Positions 1 to 7,637 of a stretch of DNA of 13,004 nt are shown piece after piece (within the stretch, counting starts at the first letter, position 1; each line of letters starts with the position of its first letter). Where the stretch lies: positions 1 to 13,004 of IMG/VR virus record IMGVR_UViG_2740892421_000017, one strand, 5' to 3'. The stretch is from a virus (lineage: Duplodnaviria > Heunggongvirae > Uroviricota > Caudoviricetes). The position numbers and the translations under genes are program-made. Below the pieces are notes generated by a model. That model did no database searches. It was given only the letters and a program-made list of their open reading frames with translations, and was not told the DNA's origin.

Positions 1-10
1 TTTAATGCCT

Positions 11-43
11 CTTAAATTAAAAGGCCGCCATGGGATAGCGGCC
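11..43 (-). terminator. Putative rho-independent terminator/attenuator downstream of yehD
   Basis: Inverted repeat ggccgc(23-28)...gcggcc(38-43); on the minus strand it is followed by a T-run (complement of cttaaattaaaa at 11-22). Sits just 3' of the yehD stop (80-82). Confidence 0.4.
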
Positions 44-79
44 ATGTTTATTACCTGGAGAAACTTACAATTTTATTTA

Positions 80-622
80 TTAATCCTGCGCCACACGCAT
101 AACCAGAGAAGATAACACATCACCTGATTGCACTGAGTTATCTGTCAGTTTCAGGTATTTTGCTTTAAACGGAATAGCATATTGACCTTCCGCTGTTTTA
201 TAACTCTCAATGTTAAAAGGTGCAGAAACATCCAGGACATCGCTGTTATCACCTAAATAGAGATAGTAACCCACGGTATCGTTGCTACTGGCTATCGCCT
301 TATCGTTACCGGTTATTTTATCGTTGGTAATCAACGAGAGTTTTACACCAGCAACTTCTTTCGGGCAGCTAATTTTTAACATGCTGCTGGTTACACCGAC
401 TGCATCATCATAGGTAGAATATTTAGCTTTACCTTCAAAGACAGTGGTTGGTACAGTCGGCATATTAATACTTACTGAATCACCACCCGCTTCGAATTTA
501 CACGGAGATTCTGCAATATTCCCCTTAATAGTTAATGTTCCGGTATCAACGTCTGCAGCAAATACTCCAGCGCTCATAAAAAAAGAAGAAAAGACAGCGG
601 CAGCAATAATTGAACGTTTCAT
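80..622 (-). CDS. yehD: Fimbrial-like (type 1 pilin family) subunit, 180 aa, with N-terminal signal peptide
   Basis: ORF 80..622 (-). N-terminus MKRSIIAAAVFSSFFMSAGVFAADV is a typical Sec signal peptide; the rest resembles fimbrial major subunits. Sequence and gene order (yehD-yehE-mrp-metG) match the E. coli K-12 yeh locus as I recall it. Confidence 0.85.
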   Translation of the reverse strand: MKRSIIAAAVFSSFFMSAGVFAADVDTGTLTIKGNIAESPCKFEAGGDSVSINMPTVPTTVFEGKAKYSTYDDAVGVTSSMLKISCPKEVAGVKLSLITNDKITGNDKAIASSNDTVGYYLYLGDNSDVLDVSAPFNIESYKTAEGQYAIPFKAKYLKLTDNSVQSGDVLSSLVMRVAQD

Positions 623-846
623 AATATGTTCCTTAATAAAATTTATTTTTGGTTGTTAAGAGTCTGTATCTCTTGGAAACAAATTTCTCACATCAAAAAA
701 GTTGCCGCAATGTAAACACATTGTTTTATTGATTTAAAACAAATTAACCATTGCAATATAAATACAACAAATATTTAAGAGTATTAACTATTTATCGCAT
801 CTATCAATTAATGTAGATTTATGTAAATGGTATTGTTGATATCAAT
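623..846. promoter_or_regulatory. AT-rich intergenic region upstream of yehD (probable fimbrial operon promoter/regulatory region)
   Basis: About 220 bp of strongly AT-rich sequence directly upstream of the yehD start on the minus strand. No specific -10/-35 assigned. Confidence 0.35.
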
Positions 847-885
847 AAAAAAGCCGAAATCATTTATATAAATGATTTCGGCTTT
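847..885 (-). terminator. Rho-independent terminator downstream of yehE (bidirectional-capable)
   Basis: Perfect 30-bp palindrome gccgaaatcatttatataaatgatttcggc (853-882), flanked by an A-run (847-852, giving a U-run on the minus strand) and ttt (883-885). Confidence 0.6.
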
Positions 886-914
886 CTAAATGCAATTAAA
901 ATCAGGTTGCCAAA

Positions 915-1196
915 TTAATCGTAGCGATTTAACACGATTCGACGTTTGCTATCGCTACCTGCAACAACCACTTCTGTCGTTACACCTTTGACGGGCGAAG
1001 AAAACAGATGACGGGTGTCAACATTATACGTTAACTGACCACAATGCTGTTGAGGTTGACCATTAACCATAGCCATACTGCATGTTGGGGGACTGATCCT
1101 GCCATTAATCGCTAATGTGGCAGTCTCTGAAGAGAACGCGGGAGAAGCCAATCCATAGGCAAGAAAAATAATTCCTGACAGCCAATACTTATTCAT
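915..1196 (-). CDS. yehE: Small secreted protein of unknown function (YehE-like, DUF2574-type), 93 aa
   Basis: ORF 915..1196 (-) begins MNKYWLSGIIFLAYGLASPAFS (signal peptide). Position between yehD and mrp matches E. coli K-12 synteny. Confidence 0.75.
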   Translation of the reverse strand: MNKYWLSGIIFLAYGLASPAFSSETATLAINGRISPPTCSMAMVNGQPQQHCGQLTYNVDTRHLFSSPVKGVTTEVVVAGSDSKRRIVLNRYD

Positions 1197-1384
1197 TGAA
1201 CGTTATCCCTGTAGTAAAGGTTATGCCTGGATAGAATGAGTGCATAACAAACTATAGCTGTACATCCACTACACAGCCACGAAGGATGATAATGAAGCAT
1301 TGCCTGTACGATCAATCGACTTTGTAGAGTTTCGGACGAAGGTCCGCAGAATATTCGCAGTATTAAATAAGTGTTCATTAATGC

Positions 1385-1428
1385 GGCAAAAACAAATACA
1401 CCGCATCAATATAACATCTCTGCGGTGT
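1385..1428 (-). terminator. Rho-independent terminator of mrp (copy 1)
   Basis: Hairpin acaccgca(1398-1405)...tgcggtgt(1421-1428); on the minus strand it is followed by atttgtttttgcc (complement of 1385-1397). Lies about 30 nt 3' of the mrp stop at 1459-1461. Confidence 0.55.
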
Positions 1429-1458
1429 ATGAAGAATAACCAGAATGGTTAATAGGCG

Positions 1459-2568
1459 TTAGACCGCGCGGAAGGAAATCTCGCCTGGAATGACTTCACC
1501 CTGCCAGTAGAGCTGAGCTGCAACGCGGTCAGCCAGCTGGCGGTAGATAGCGGTAAATTCGCTCTCCGGACGGCTGATAACCGTTGGCGTGCCTTTATCG
1601 AGATCCTCACGTAAGGAGATGTGTAACGGCATCTGCCCCAGCAGCTGTGTGTGGTATTTTTCAGCCAGTTTCTCAGCACCACCGGTACCGAAAATCGGTT
1701 CATGGTGACCACAGTTACTGCAAATATGCACACTCATGTTCTCGACAATACCAAGCACCGGAACCTCGACTTTCTCGAACATCACAATGCCTTTTTTCGC
1801 ATCGATCAACGCGATGTCCTGCGGGGTGGTGACCACGACTGCACCAGTTACTGGAATGTTTTGCGCCAGCGTCAATTGAATGTCACCGGTGCCTGGCGGC
1901 ATATCAAGCACCAGATAGTCGAGATCCGGCCACAAGGTTTCCTGCAACATCTGCATTAACGCCTTGCTCGCCATCGGTCCACGCCACACCATCGCATTGT
2001 CGTCAGTGACCAGATAACCAATTGAATTGGTTGCCAGGCCATGAGACATAATCGGTGCCATATGGGTACCGTCCGGCGAAGTTGGACGCTGATTTTCTGC
2101 GCCCAGCATGGTGGGAATTGATGGGCCGTAGATATCGGCGTCCAGAATGCCGACTTTCGCCCCTTCCGCCGCCAGTGCCAGCGCCAGGTTTACCGCCGTG
2201 GAGGATTTACCCACGCCGCCTTTACCGGAACTGACCGCAATGATGTTCTTCACACCATTAATACCCGGCTGATTCTTCACGCGTTTTAAGGTGGCGATAT
2301 TGTGCGACAGTTTCCAGTCGATAGCTTTCGCCCCGGTGATACGCAGCAGTTCGGCGCTACATTGCTCTTTTAACTCTTCAAACGCGCTATGCCAGACGAA
2401 TGGCATAACCAGTTCCACATGCAACGTGTCGTCCATCCAGGCGACATGGTGCAACGCTTTCAGCGTGGTGAGGTTATGCTTCAGGGTTGGGTGCTGAAAA
2501 TTGGCCAGTGTCCCGGCGACCATTGCGCGCAAGGCTTCTGGTGATTTGGCCTGGGATTGTTCGTTCAT
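1459..2568 (-). CDS. mrp: Mrp/ApbC family iron-sulfur cluster carrier ATPase, 369 aa (copy 1)
   Basis: Translation from the MNEQSQAKSPEALRAMVAGT start contains the deviant Walker A/P-loop SSGKGGVGKSS and the CSNCGH cysteine motif, as in E. coli Mrp/ApbC. GGAG Shine-Dalgarno lies upstream of the ATG at 2566-2568. The ORF-track start at 2598 (MVYLYKKGVG...) was rejected as an upstream extension. Confidence 0.95.
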   Translation of the reverse strand: MNEQSQAKSPEALRAMVAGTLANFQHPTLKHNLTTLKALHHVAWMDDTLHVELVMPFVWHSAFEELKEQCSAELLRITGAKAIDWKLSHNIATLKRVKNQPGINGVKNIIAVSSGKGGVGKSSTAVNLALALAAEGAKVGILDADIYGPSIPTMLGAENQRPTSPDGTHMAPIMSHGLATNSIGYLVTDDNAMVWRGPMASKALMQMLQETLWPDLDYLVLDMPPGTGDIQLTLAQNIPVTGAVVVTTPQDIALIDAKKGIVMFEKVEVPVLGIVENMSVHICSNCGHHEPIFGTGGAEKLAEKYHTQLLGQMPLHISLREDLDKGTPTVISRPESEFTAIYRQLADRVAAQLYWQGEVIPGEISFRAV

Positions 2569-2699
2569 CCCGACTCCTTTTTTGTATAAATAAACCATCA
2601 GCTGATAGTTTACCTGAAGAATATAGAGAAGTACTTACTTAACATTTTCCCATTTGGTACTATCTAACCCCTTTTCACTATTAAGAAGTAATGCCTACT
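2569..2699. promoter_or_regulatory. Divergent mrp/metG promoter region (copy 1)
   Basis: 131-bp AT-rich intergenic region between the divergently transcribed mrp and metG starts. Confidence 0.4.
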
Positions 2700-3621
2700 A
2701 TGACTCAAGTCGCGAAGAAAATTCTGGTGACGTGCGCACTGCCGTACGCTAACGGCTCAATCCACCTCGGCCATATGCTGGAGCACATCCAGGCTGATGT
2801 CTGGGTCCGTTACCAGCGAATGCGCGGCCACGAGGTCAACTTCATCTGCGCCGACGATGCCCACGGTACACCGATCATGCTGAAAGCTCAGCAGCTTGGT
2901 ATCACCCCGGAGCAGATGATTGGCGAAATGAGTCAGGAGCATCAGACTGATTTCGCAGGCTTTAACATCAGCTATGACAACTATCACTCGACGCACAGCG
3001 AAGAGAACCGCCAGTTGTCAGAACTTATCTACTCTCGCCTGAAAGAAAACGGTTTTATTAAAAACCGCACCATCTCTCAGCTGTACGATCCGGAAAAAGG
3101 CATGTTCCTGCCGGACCGTTTTGTGAAAGGCACCTGCCCGAAATGTAAATCCCCGGATCAATACGGCGATAACTGCGAAGTCTGCGGCGCGACCTACAGC
3201 CCGACTGAACTGATCGAGCCGAAATCGGTGGTTTCTGGCGCTACGCCGGTAATGCGTGATTCTGAACACTTCTTCTTTGATCTGCCCTCTTTCAGCGAAA
3301 TGTTGCAGGCATGGACCCGCAGCGGTGCGTTGCAGGAGCAGGTGGCAAATAAAATGCAGGAGTGGTTTGAATCTGGCCTGCAACAGTGGGATATCTCCCG
3401 CGACGCCCCTTACTTCGGTTTTGAAATTCCGAACGCGCCGGGCAAATATTTCTACGTCTGGCTGGACGCACCGATTGGCTACATGGGTTCTTTCAAGAAT
3501 CTGTGCGACAAGCGCGGCGACAGCGTAAGCTTCGATGAATACTGGAAGAAAGACTCCACCGCCGAGCTGTACCACTTCATCGGTAAAGATATTGTTTACT
3601 TCCACAGCCTGTTCTGGCCTG
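2700..3621 (+). CDS. metG: Methionyl-tRNA synthetase, 5' fragment (first ~307 codons), cut off by the N-run
   Basis: Translation [31 protein letters not shown]... carries the class I aaRS HIGH-type motif ([11 protein letters not shown]) and is co-linear with the full-length copy at 10747..12780 as far as ...YFHSLFWP. Sequence after the N-run is unrelated to metG. Confidence 0.9.
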
Positions 3622-3631
3622 NNNNNNNNNN
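3622..3631. other. Run of 10 N: assembly gap / scaffold junction
   Basis: Ten consecutive n characters in the sequence; flanking sequence is unrelated on the two sides (metG on the left, unknown ORF on the right). Confidence 0.95.
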
Positions 3632-3997
3632 ATGTTCGCGGGTGAGTTCGTCCGCAGCGGTGCCAAAAACTACCTTGAGCTGGATTACAACGTCCCTGCA
3701 ATTGGCGATTTCGTCGTTACCATCCAACGCAAAGAAGGTAAGACGCCAGGTGAACGCGTCGCAGAGCTTGAGGCCGTTGTGGATCAGCGTAACGGAGAGT
3801 GTGACCGTTTGATCAGCGAGCTTCATGCACTTCGGGAAGAAAGAATATGCGAGGGTAGTAATACACGTAATGCAGCGGATATCTACTTCCAGTTAGTTGA
3901 GGAATGCCAGATTCCACCAGGTGGCTCTCTTGTCGATTACGTCAGACATTTAATGGCGGAAGTTAACTCCAGCCATAAAGATGGTGAGGTGCGCTGA
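3632..3997 (+). CDS. Hypothetical protein, probably 5'-truncated by the gap (at least 121 aa)
   Basis: ORF begins at the first ATG right after the N-run; contains a predicted coiled-coil stretch (ERVAELEAVVDQRNGECDRLISELHALREER). Its stop overlaps the next start (TGATG at 3995-3999). Confidence 0.5.
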   Translation: MFAGEFVRSGAKNYLELDYNVPAIGDFVVTIQRKEGKTPGERVAELEAVVDQRNGECDRLISELHALREERICEGSNTRNAADIYFQLVEECQIPPGGSLVDYVRHLMAEVNSSHKDGEVR

Positions 3998-4377
3998 TGT
4001 TTGGCATTGATGCACAGCGTATAGCCGCTTTTGCAAAAAGTCCTCTTGATAATCCCTTGTCTCGTAGTGAGCAAATGGCACTGGCAAGGCTTTTTCTTCA
4101 CATTCAAAAACAGGCAGACATTTTCAATAACATGCCTAATCAACCTATTCTGGATGGTCACATCCAGATGGTCATTAACAGTCATGAGAAAGGCTGGGCT
4201 GCAATCGTCCCCTGCACAATTACATACAGGTTGGCGAAAGAGGTTCAAGAGTTTCGAAAAGTCAGTGTCGAATCAGAGTCTACCAAAGCCGCAATAAACA
4301 CTCTTATTCGCATGGGGTTCACATGGGACGGTGGAGCTTACTGGCAAGCACCTCAACCCATTTTATCCGGCAATTAG
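3997..4377 (+). CDS. Hypothetical protein, 126 aa
   Basis: ORF 3997..4377, start overlapping the upstream stop; no family recognised by eye. Confidence 0.55.
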   Translation: MFGIDAQRIAAFAKSPLDNPLSRSEQMALARLFLHIQKQADIFNNMPNQPILDGHIQMVINSHEKGWAAIVPCTITYRLAKEVQEFRKVSVESESTKAAINTLIRMGFTWDGGAYWQAPQPILSGN

Positions 4378-4407
4378 GCGCTACAAATCCTTCTGCATGA
4401 ATAAATA

Positions 4408-4428
4408 AAGGCCATAACTTATGGCCTT
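4408..4428. terminator. Putative hairpin/terminator after the 3632-4377 gene pair
   Basis: Inverted repeat aaggccat(4408-4415)...atggcctt(4421-4428) with A/T-rich flanks on both sides. U-tract is imperfect on the plus strand. Confidence 0.3.
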
Positions 4429-4515
4429 AAATAAATTGTTTTCTACCTTTTCTTATTTGTGAAAATAAACCAGCACTTGGTAGTGCTTATGTAACAGCAA
4501 AGAAGAGAAAAACAC

Positions 4516-4971
4516 ATGAGTAACAAAATCGAAAATCCCGTAGTTCTCATTCACAAGCGCGAGAACCACGACTCCTATGCGGTGGCGATCACCAATGGGA
4601 GTCACGATTTTTACGATGGCCTGCTAATGGCCTCAGTGTCGCCTGATGAGGCAGACAACTCTTTTGCCGTCTTCGCTATGGTTGGTTACTACATGGCTGC
4701 CGAAATTGAGAAGTTGCGGGCGCAAAGAGACGCATTAGCGGCGGAGAATGCAGCCCTGAAAGAATCTGAGCGAGCATTCGATGCGATGTGTGCCGAGGAA
4801 CACGGAGATAATTGGGTTAGCGAATTAACGGAGACTCCAGCCACCGATGCTTTTCTGGCTGAAGTACGTGCGCAGGGCGTGGAGATGTTTGCTGAGTGCG
4901 CATACACACTTGAACATCATGATCACGCAGTAGCCTTCGCCGCTGAGCTTCGCAAAGGAAATAAACAGTGA
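4516..4971 (+). CDS. Hypothetical protein with central coiled coil, 151 aa (possibly Ea22-like prophage early protein)
   Basis: ORF with purine-rich region upstream (agaagagaaaaacacATG). Coiled-coil-like segment AAEIEKLRAQRDALAAENAALKESERAF. First gene of a chain of overlapping ORFs. Confidence 0.6.
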   Translation: MSNKIENPVVLIHKRENHDSYAVAITNGSHDFYDGLLMASVSPDEADNSFAVFAMVGYYMAAEIEKLRAQRDALAAENAALKESERAFDAMCAEEHGDNWVSELTETPATDAFLAEVRAQGVEMFAECAYTLEHHDHAVAFAAELRKGNKQ

Positions 4972-5570
4972 ATGAGATTTACTACCTGACGTTACGTGAA
5001 CGTTATTCACCAAAACCAGCGCCTAAATGCTCTGTTTGTGGCGAGGAAATGTCAATACAGCGCATATCTGGAGCACATGTTGTTTATGCCTGTTCCGGTG
5101 AGGGTGATGACGGATATTTTAAGATAGGGCGTACTTTTGCAGACGAACATTATGAAAAATCACGCGTAACAGTAGTTGATGCTAGTGATCCCGATGTGAT
5201 TGCACTGCTGGACGAACTGGATAAAAGACAGCAACACATCCGACGTCTTGAGCAGGAGAACGTAGAGATGGTCCTAACGCTTGAGAAGCTGCGTGTTGAG
5301 CTTGAGGAGACAAAATCAAAACTCAACGAACAGCGTGAATATTACGAAGGTGTTATCTCGGATGGGAGTAAGCGCATAGCAGAGTTAGAAAGTGATTCTC
5401 AGGCACAAAAGTTAGTTGAAGCAATCATTGTTGCGATAGAAAACGAACAGGAACGTCTTTTTGATGAAGATTACCTAATGGATTCGAAAGAATGCATTGA
5501 CGTAATTCGTGAAGAAGTAAAGCGATGGAATGATTCCCGCGCCGCTGGCATTCGCATCAAAGGAGAGTGA
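4968..5570 (+). CDS. Hypothetical protein, 200 aa, GTG start; N-terminal CxxC...H...C motif plus coiled coil
   Basis: GTG start at 4968 overlaps the upstream TGA (GTGA); AAGGAA Shine-Dalgarno 7 nt upstream. Motif [22 protein letters not shown], then a heptad-like region [39 protein letters not shown]. Confidence 0.6.
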   Translation: MNEIYYLTLRERYSPKPAPKCSVCGEEMSIQRISGAHVVYACSGEGDDGYFKIGRTFADEHYEKSRVTVVDASDPDVIALLDELDKRQQHIRRLEQENVEMVLTLEKLRVELEETKSKLNEQREYYEGVISDGSKRIAELESDSQAQKLVEAIIVAIENEQERLFDEDYLMDSKECIDVIREEVKRWNDSRAAGIRIKGE

Positions 5571-5571
5571 G

Positions 5572-5895
5572 ATGACCACATCGCATTCTGCAATTACCCA
5601 GGAAAAAGCCTTCCACATACTCGAACGATTAGAGGCGCTTGCTACGGAGGAGGATATATCCCCGGAGAAACTGGTTGAGTTCAGCCGTGTGATATTGCGT
5701 CGCAAGAACGATATGGAGCGGCTGACATCTGGCGCTCCATCCTTATCAGTCAGGCGAACACTTTGTTGCAGCTTCTGCAACAAATCCCAGTACGCCGTCA
5801 AAAAGTTAATTGCTGGGGACGCCGTTTTCATCTGCGACGAGTGTGTGGATGTGTGCAACAGAATTATCCGGGGAGAGAAAGAGGGATCAGCATGA
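5572..5895 (+). CDS. ClpX-type C4 zinc-finger domain protein, 107 aa
   Basis: C-terminal segment [38 protein letters not shown] closely matches the N-terminal zinc-binding domain of E. coli ClpX ([39 protein letters not shown], from memory). Strong GGAG Shine-Dalgarno 6 nt upstream of the ATG at 5572. The ORF-track start at 5530 lies inside the upstream gene and was rejected. Confidence 0.7.
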   Translation: MTTSHSAITQEKAFHILERLEALATEEDISPEKLVEFSRVILRRKNDMERLTSGAPSLSVRRTLCCSFCNKSQYAVKKLIAGDAVFICDECVDVCNRIIRGEKEGSA

Positions 5896-6422
5896 AATTT
5901 TCCAAATTTTCTGAGTTGGTGAATCGTATTTTGTCCAACAACCACAGCCATCGTCGCGATATGGATGTAACGATCGTTGTTCATTCGCCTGGTCGCATCG
6001 GTTCAACACCATCAGTTGAGGTTCAGTCAATTCAGGCGGGTTTTGATTGGGATGCCGGGCAAGTGATGATTTTTCCAGCACAGCCACTGACCACGCTAAC
6101 ACCAGAGCAGGTTGCTGATATCACTGATAGTGTGCGCAAAGGTCAGTCTTGGCACGCGTATCAGGAATACAAGAAGCATAAAGAGCAGTTGGAAAAATTG
6201 TCGATGGAGTTGGAAGGCGCTAAACAGCGGGAAAAAGATCTGTTTATGGAAAATGTTCGACTTAAGTCAGGTATAGCCGGTCTGATACACCTCGGTATTC
6301 GATATGCGGATGTTGAGGTCATGAAAATTGCTGGAGATGCCCAGCTTTCTACTCCATGCACTGACAGCATCATAAACAGCATTGCAGCAGGCATTTTCAC
6401 CAAAGAGGGGGCAGCACGATGA
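5892..6422 (+). CDS. Hypothetical protein with coiled coil, 176 aa
   Basis: ATG at 5892 overlaps the upstream stop (ATGA); GAGGG Shine-Dalgarno upstream. Coiled-coil-like [35 protein letters not shown]. The ORF-track start at 5763 was rejected as an upstream extension. Confidence 0.6.
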   Translation: MKFSKFSELVNRILSNNHSHRRDMDVTIVVHSPGRIGSTPSVEVQSIQAGFDWDAGQVMIFPAQPLTTLTPEQVADITDSVRKGQSWHAYQEYKKHKEQLEKLSMELEGAKQREKDLFMENVRLKSGIAGLIHLGIRYADVEVMKIAGDAQLSTPCTDSIINSIAAGIFTKEGAAR

Positions 6423-6604
6423 GAACACTAGAGGTTCGCGCTGAAGACGTAATCCCTGGTGATGTGCTCATAACATCTAAAGGTCAACAATGTGCGGTTA
6501 AATCTTTTTGGATGGAAAATGACAAAGTGACTCTGTTCGGTACGGATGGTTCCGAAACTGATTATGACTACGACGAATTGCTTGTTGTTGAGAGAGCTGC
6601 CTAA
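6419..6604 (+). CDS. Small hypothetical protein, 61 aa
   Basis: ATGA start/stop overlap with the upstream gene and TAATG overlap with the downstream gene; part of the coupled chain. Confidence 0.5.
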   Translation: MRTLEVRAEDVIPGDVLITSKGQQCAVKSFWMENDKVTLFGTDGSETDYDYDELLVVERAA

Positions 6605-7257
6605 TGACCACCGTTAACAATAAGAAATGCTACCCAAGCGAGAAATATCTTAATGAGCTGATCACCAACATTGAGTTTGCTGCAAGAGCACCAGTTGAAG
6701 TCGTGAGAGCGATTGCAGCAGAGCTACAGAAGCACCGTAAGGCCTATGCCAATACAGCCGCATCTAAGGATGGTTGGATAAGCTGTAGTGAGCGAATGCC
6801 TGTAATTGGCGAGCTAAATTGGAGAACTAGTTTTCCTTTACTGGTTACGTGTGAGATCGGCGTTATACCTGCTTATTACGGCTTTGTGAGCGTTAATGGT
6901 GATAGGCATTATGGCTTTATGGAGAGTCTTAAATACGGAGACGCTAACGGCAACCATCCTCAAACTAATGAATATGGTCTGATTAGCAATGTCACACACT
7001 GGATGCCACTACCAGAACGCCGCAGGAGTCGAACAGTGAATAATGCAGAGTTATTTCAGAAAATATCGGCTCTCGCGACTGAATGCCACGCTATAGCATC
7101 TGAGCTTGATGTTGGCGATGAACGAACCGAGATGTTCGAAATATACAGTGTGCTGCGCAATCTCTGTCGGCGTGGCTACGCCACTCAAGTAGGGCGAATG
7201 ACTAACCCACTACTCTCATCCTGTGATGAGGATGACTCGGATGAGGATGACGAATGA
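6604..7257 (+). CDS. DUF551-like phage protein with acidic C-terminal tail, 217 aa
   Basis: Segment DGWISCSERMP...THWMPLPERR resembles the conserved core of the DUF551 family common in lambdoid prophage early regions (from memory). C-terminus is SSCDEDDSDEDDE. Confidence 0.6.
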   Translation: MTTVNNKKCYPSEKYLNELITNIEFAARAPVEVVRAIAAELQKHRKAYANTAASKDGWISCSERMPVIGELNWRTSFPLLVTCEIGVIPAYYGFVSVNGDRHYGFMESLKYGDANGNHPQTNEYGLISNVTHWMPLPERRRSRTVNNAELFQKISALATECHAIASELDVGDERTEMFEIYSVLRNLCRRGYATQVGRMTNPLLSSCDEDDSDEDDE

Positions 7258-7637
7258 TGCATAAATCAGTAGCCGGTGAGTTTCAGAAGGAAGTCGATAA
7301 TACCACTGATCTATTGGACGATATTTTAAGCATTCTCGCGCTGCTTGAGGCTGGCGATTGGTCAGAACATTGCACTAAAACAGAGCTAGGCGGTCGGCTT
7401 GAAAGAGAGATTACACGACTGATTAGCGATGCCCAAAATGATTTGTCACCTGAGCATCTCCCCTGCGATGTAGTTCTTGTGCCAGGGATGAGGATACACG
7501 AAGGCGTCAGAACGAAAACATTATTAACCGCATTACAGAGAAGAGCCGAACTAAGCTCGCGGATAAAGTTGATGCCATCCAAAATATTTGATGTCGTCAA
7601 ATTTACGCCATCGCAACATACTGAGAGAGATAAATGA
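7254..7637 (+). CDS. Hypothetical protein, 127 aa
   Basis: ORF whose start overlaps the upstream stop (ATGATG) and whose stop overlaps the next start (ATGA). Confidence 0.55.
   Translation: MMHKSVAGEFQKEVDNTTDLLDDILSILALLEAGDWSEHCTKTELGGRLEREITRLISDAQNDLSPEHLPCDVVLVPGMRIHEGVRTKTLLTALQRRAELSSRIKLMPSKIFDVVKFTPSQHTERDK

Noticed and set aside
444-659. 71-aa ORF on the plus strand opposite yehD
   Set aside because: Antisense to yehD and runs into its promoter region; no ribosome-binding site; likely spurious.
1193-1378. 61-aa ORF (-) between yehE and mrp
   Set aside because: Overlaps the yehE start and the mrp terminator region; no recognisable features; treated as noncoding intergenic sequence.
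1449-2497. ORFs 1449..1733 (-), 1584..1832 (+), 1651..1959 (+) and 2291..2497 (+) within mrp copy 1; equivalents 9614..9859, 9732..9989, 9986..10192 and 10228..10527 in copy 2
   Set aside because: Alternative-frame or antisense ORFs nested inside the mrp coding sequence; no independent start signals; mrp identity is unambiguous.
2569-2598. Upstream extension of mrp (MVYLYKKGVG...) and of metG (MPTM... at 2691; MSPCSVLQ... at 10618)
   Set aside because: The canonical starts (MNEQ/MSES for Mrp, MTQVAKK for MetG) have good Shine-Dalgarno sequences and match the known protein N-termini; the extensions run into the divergent promoter region.
3937-4297. ORFs 3937..4248 (-) and 4031..4297 (+) overlapping the 3997..4377 gene
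   Set aside because: Shorter alternative-frame or antisense ORFs; the 3997..4377 frame is longer and coupled to the upstream gene.
5475-5984. 169-aa minus-strand ORF inside the operon (and 7283..7711, 142 aa)
   Set aside because: Antisense to the tightly coupled plus-strand genes; would break the otherwise continuous operon; no start signals.
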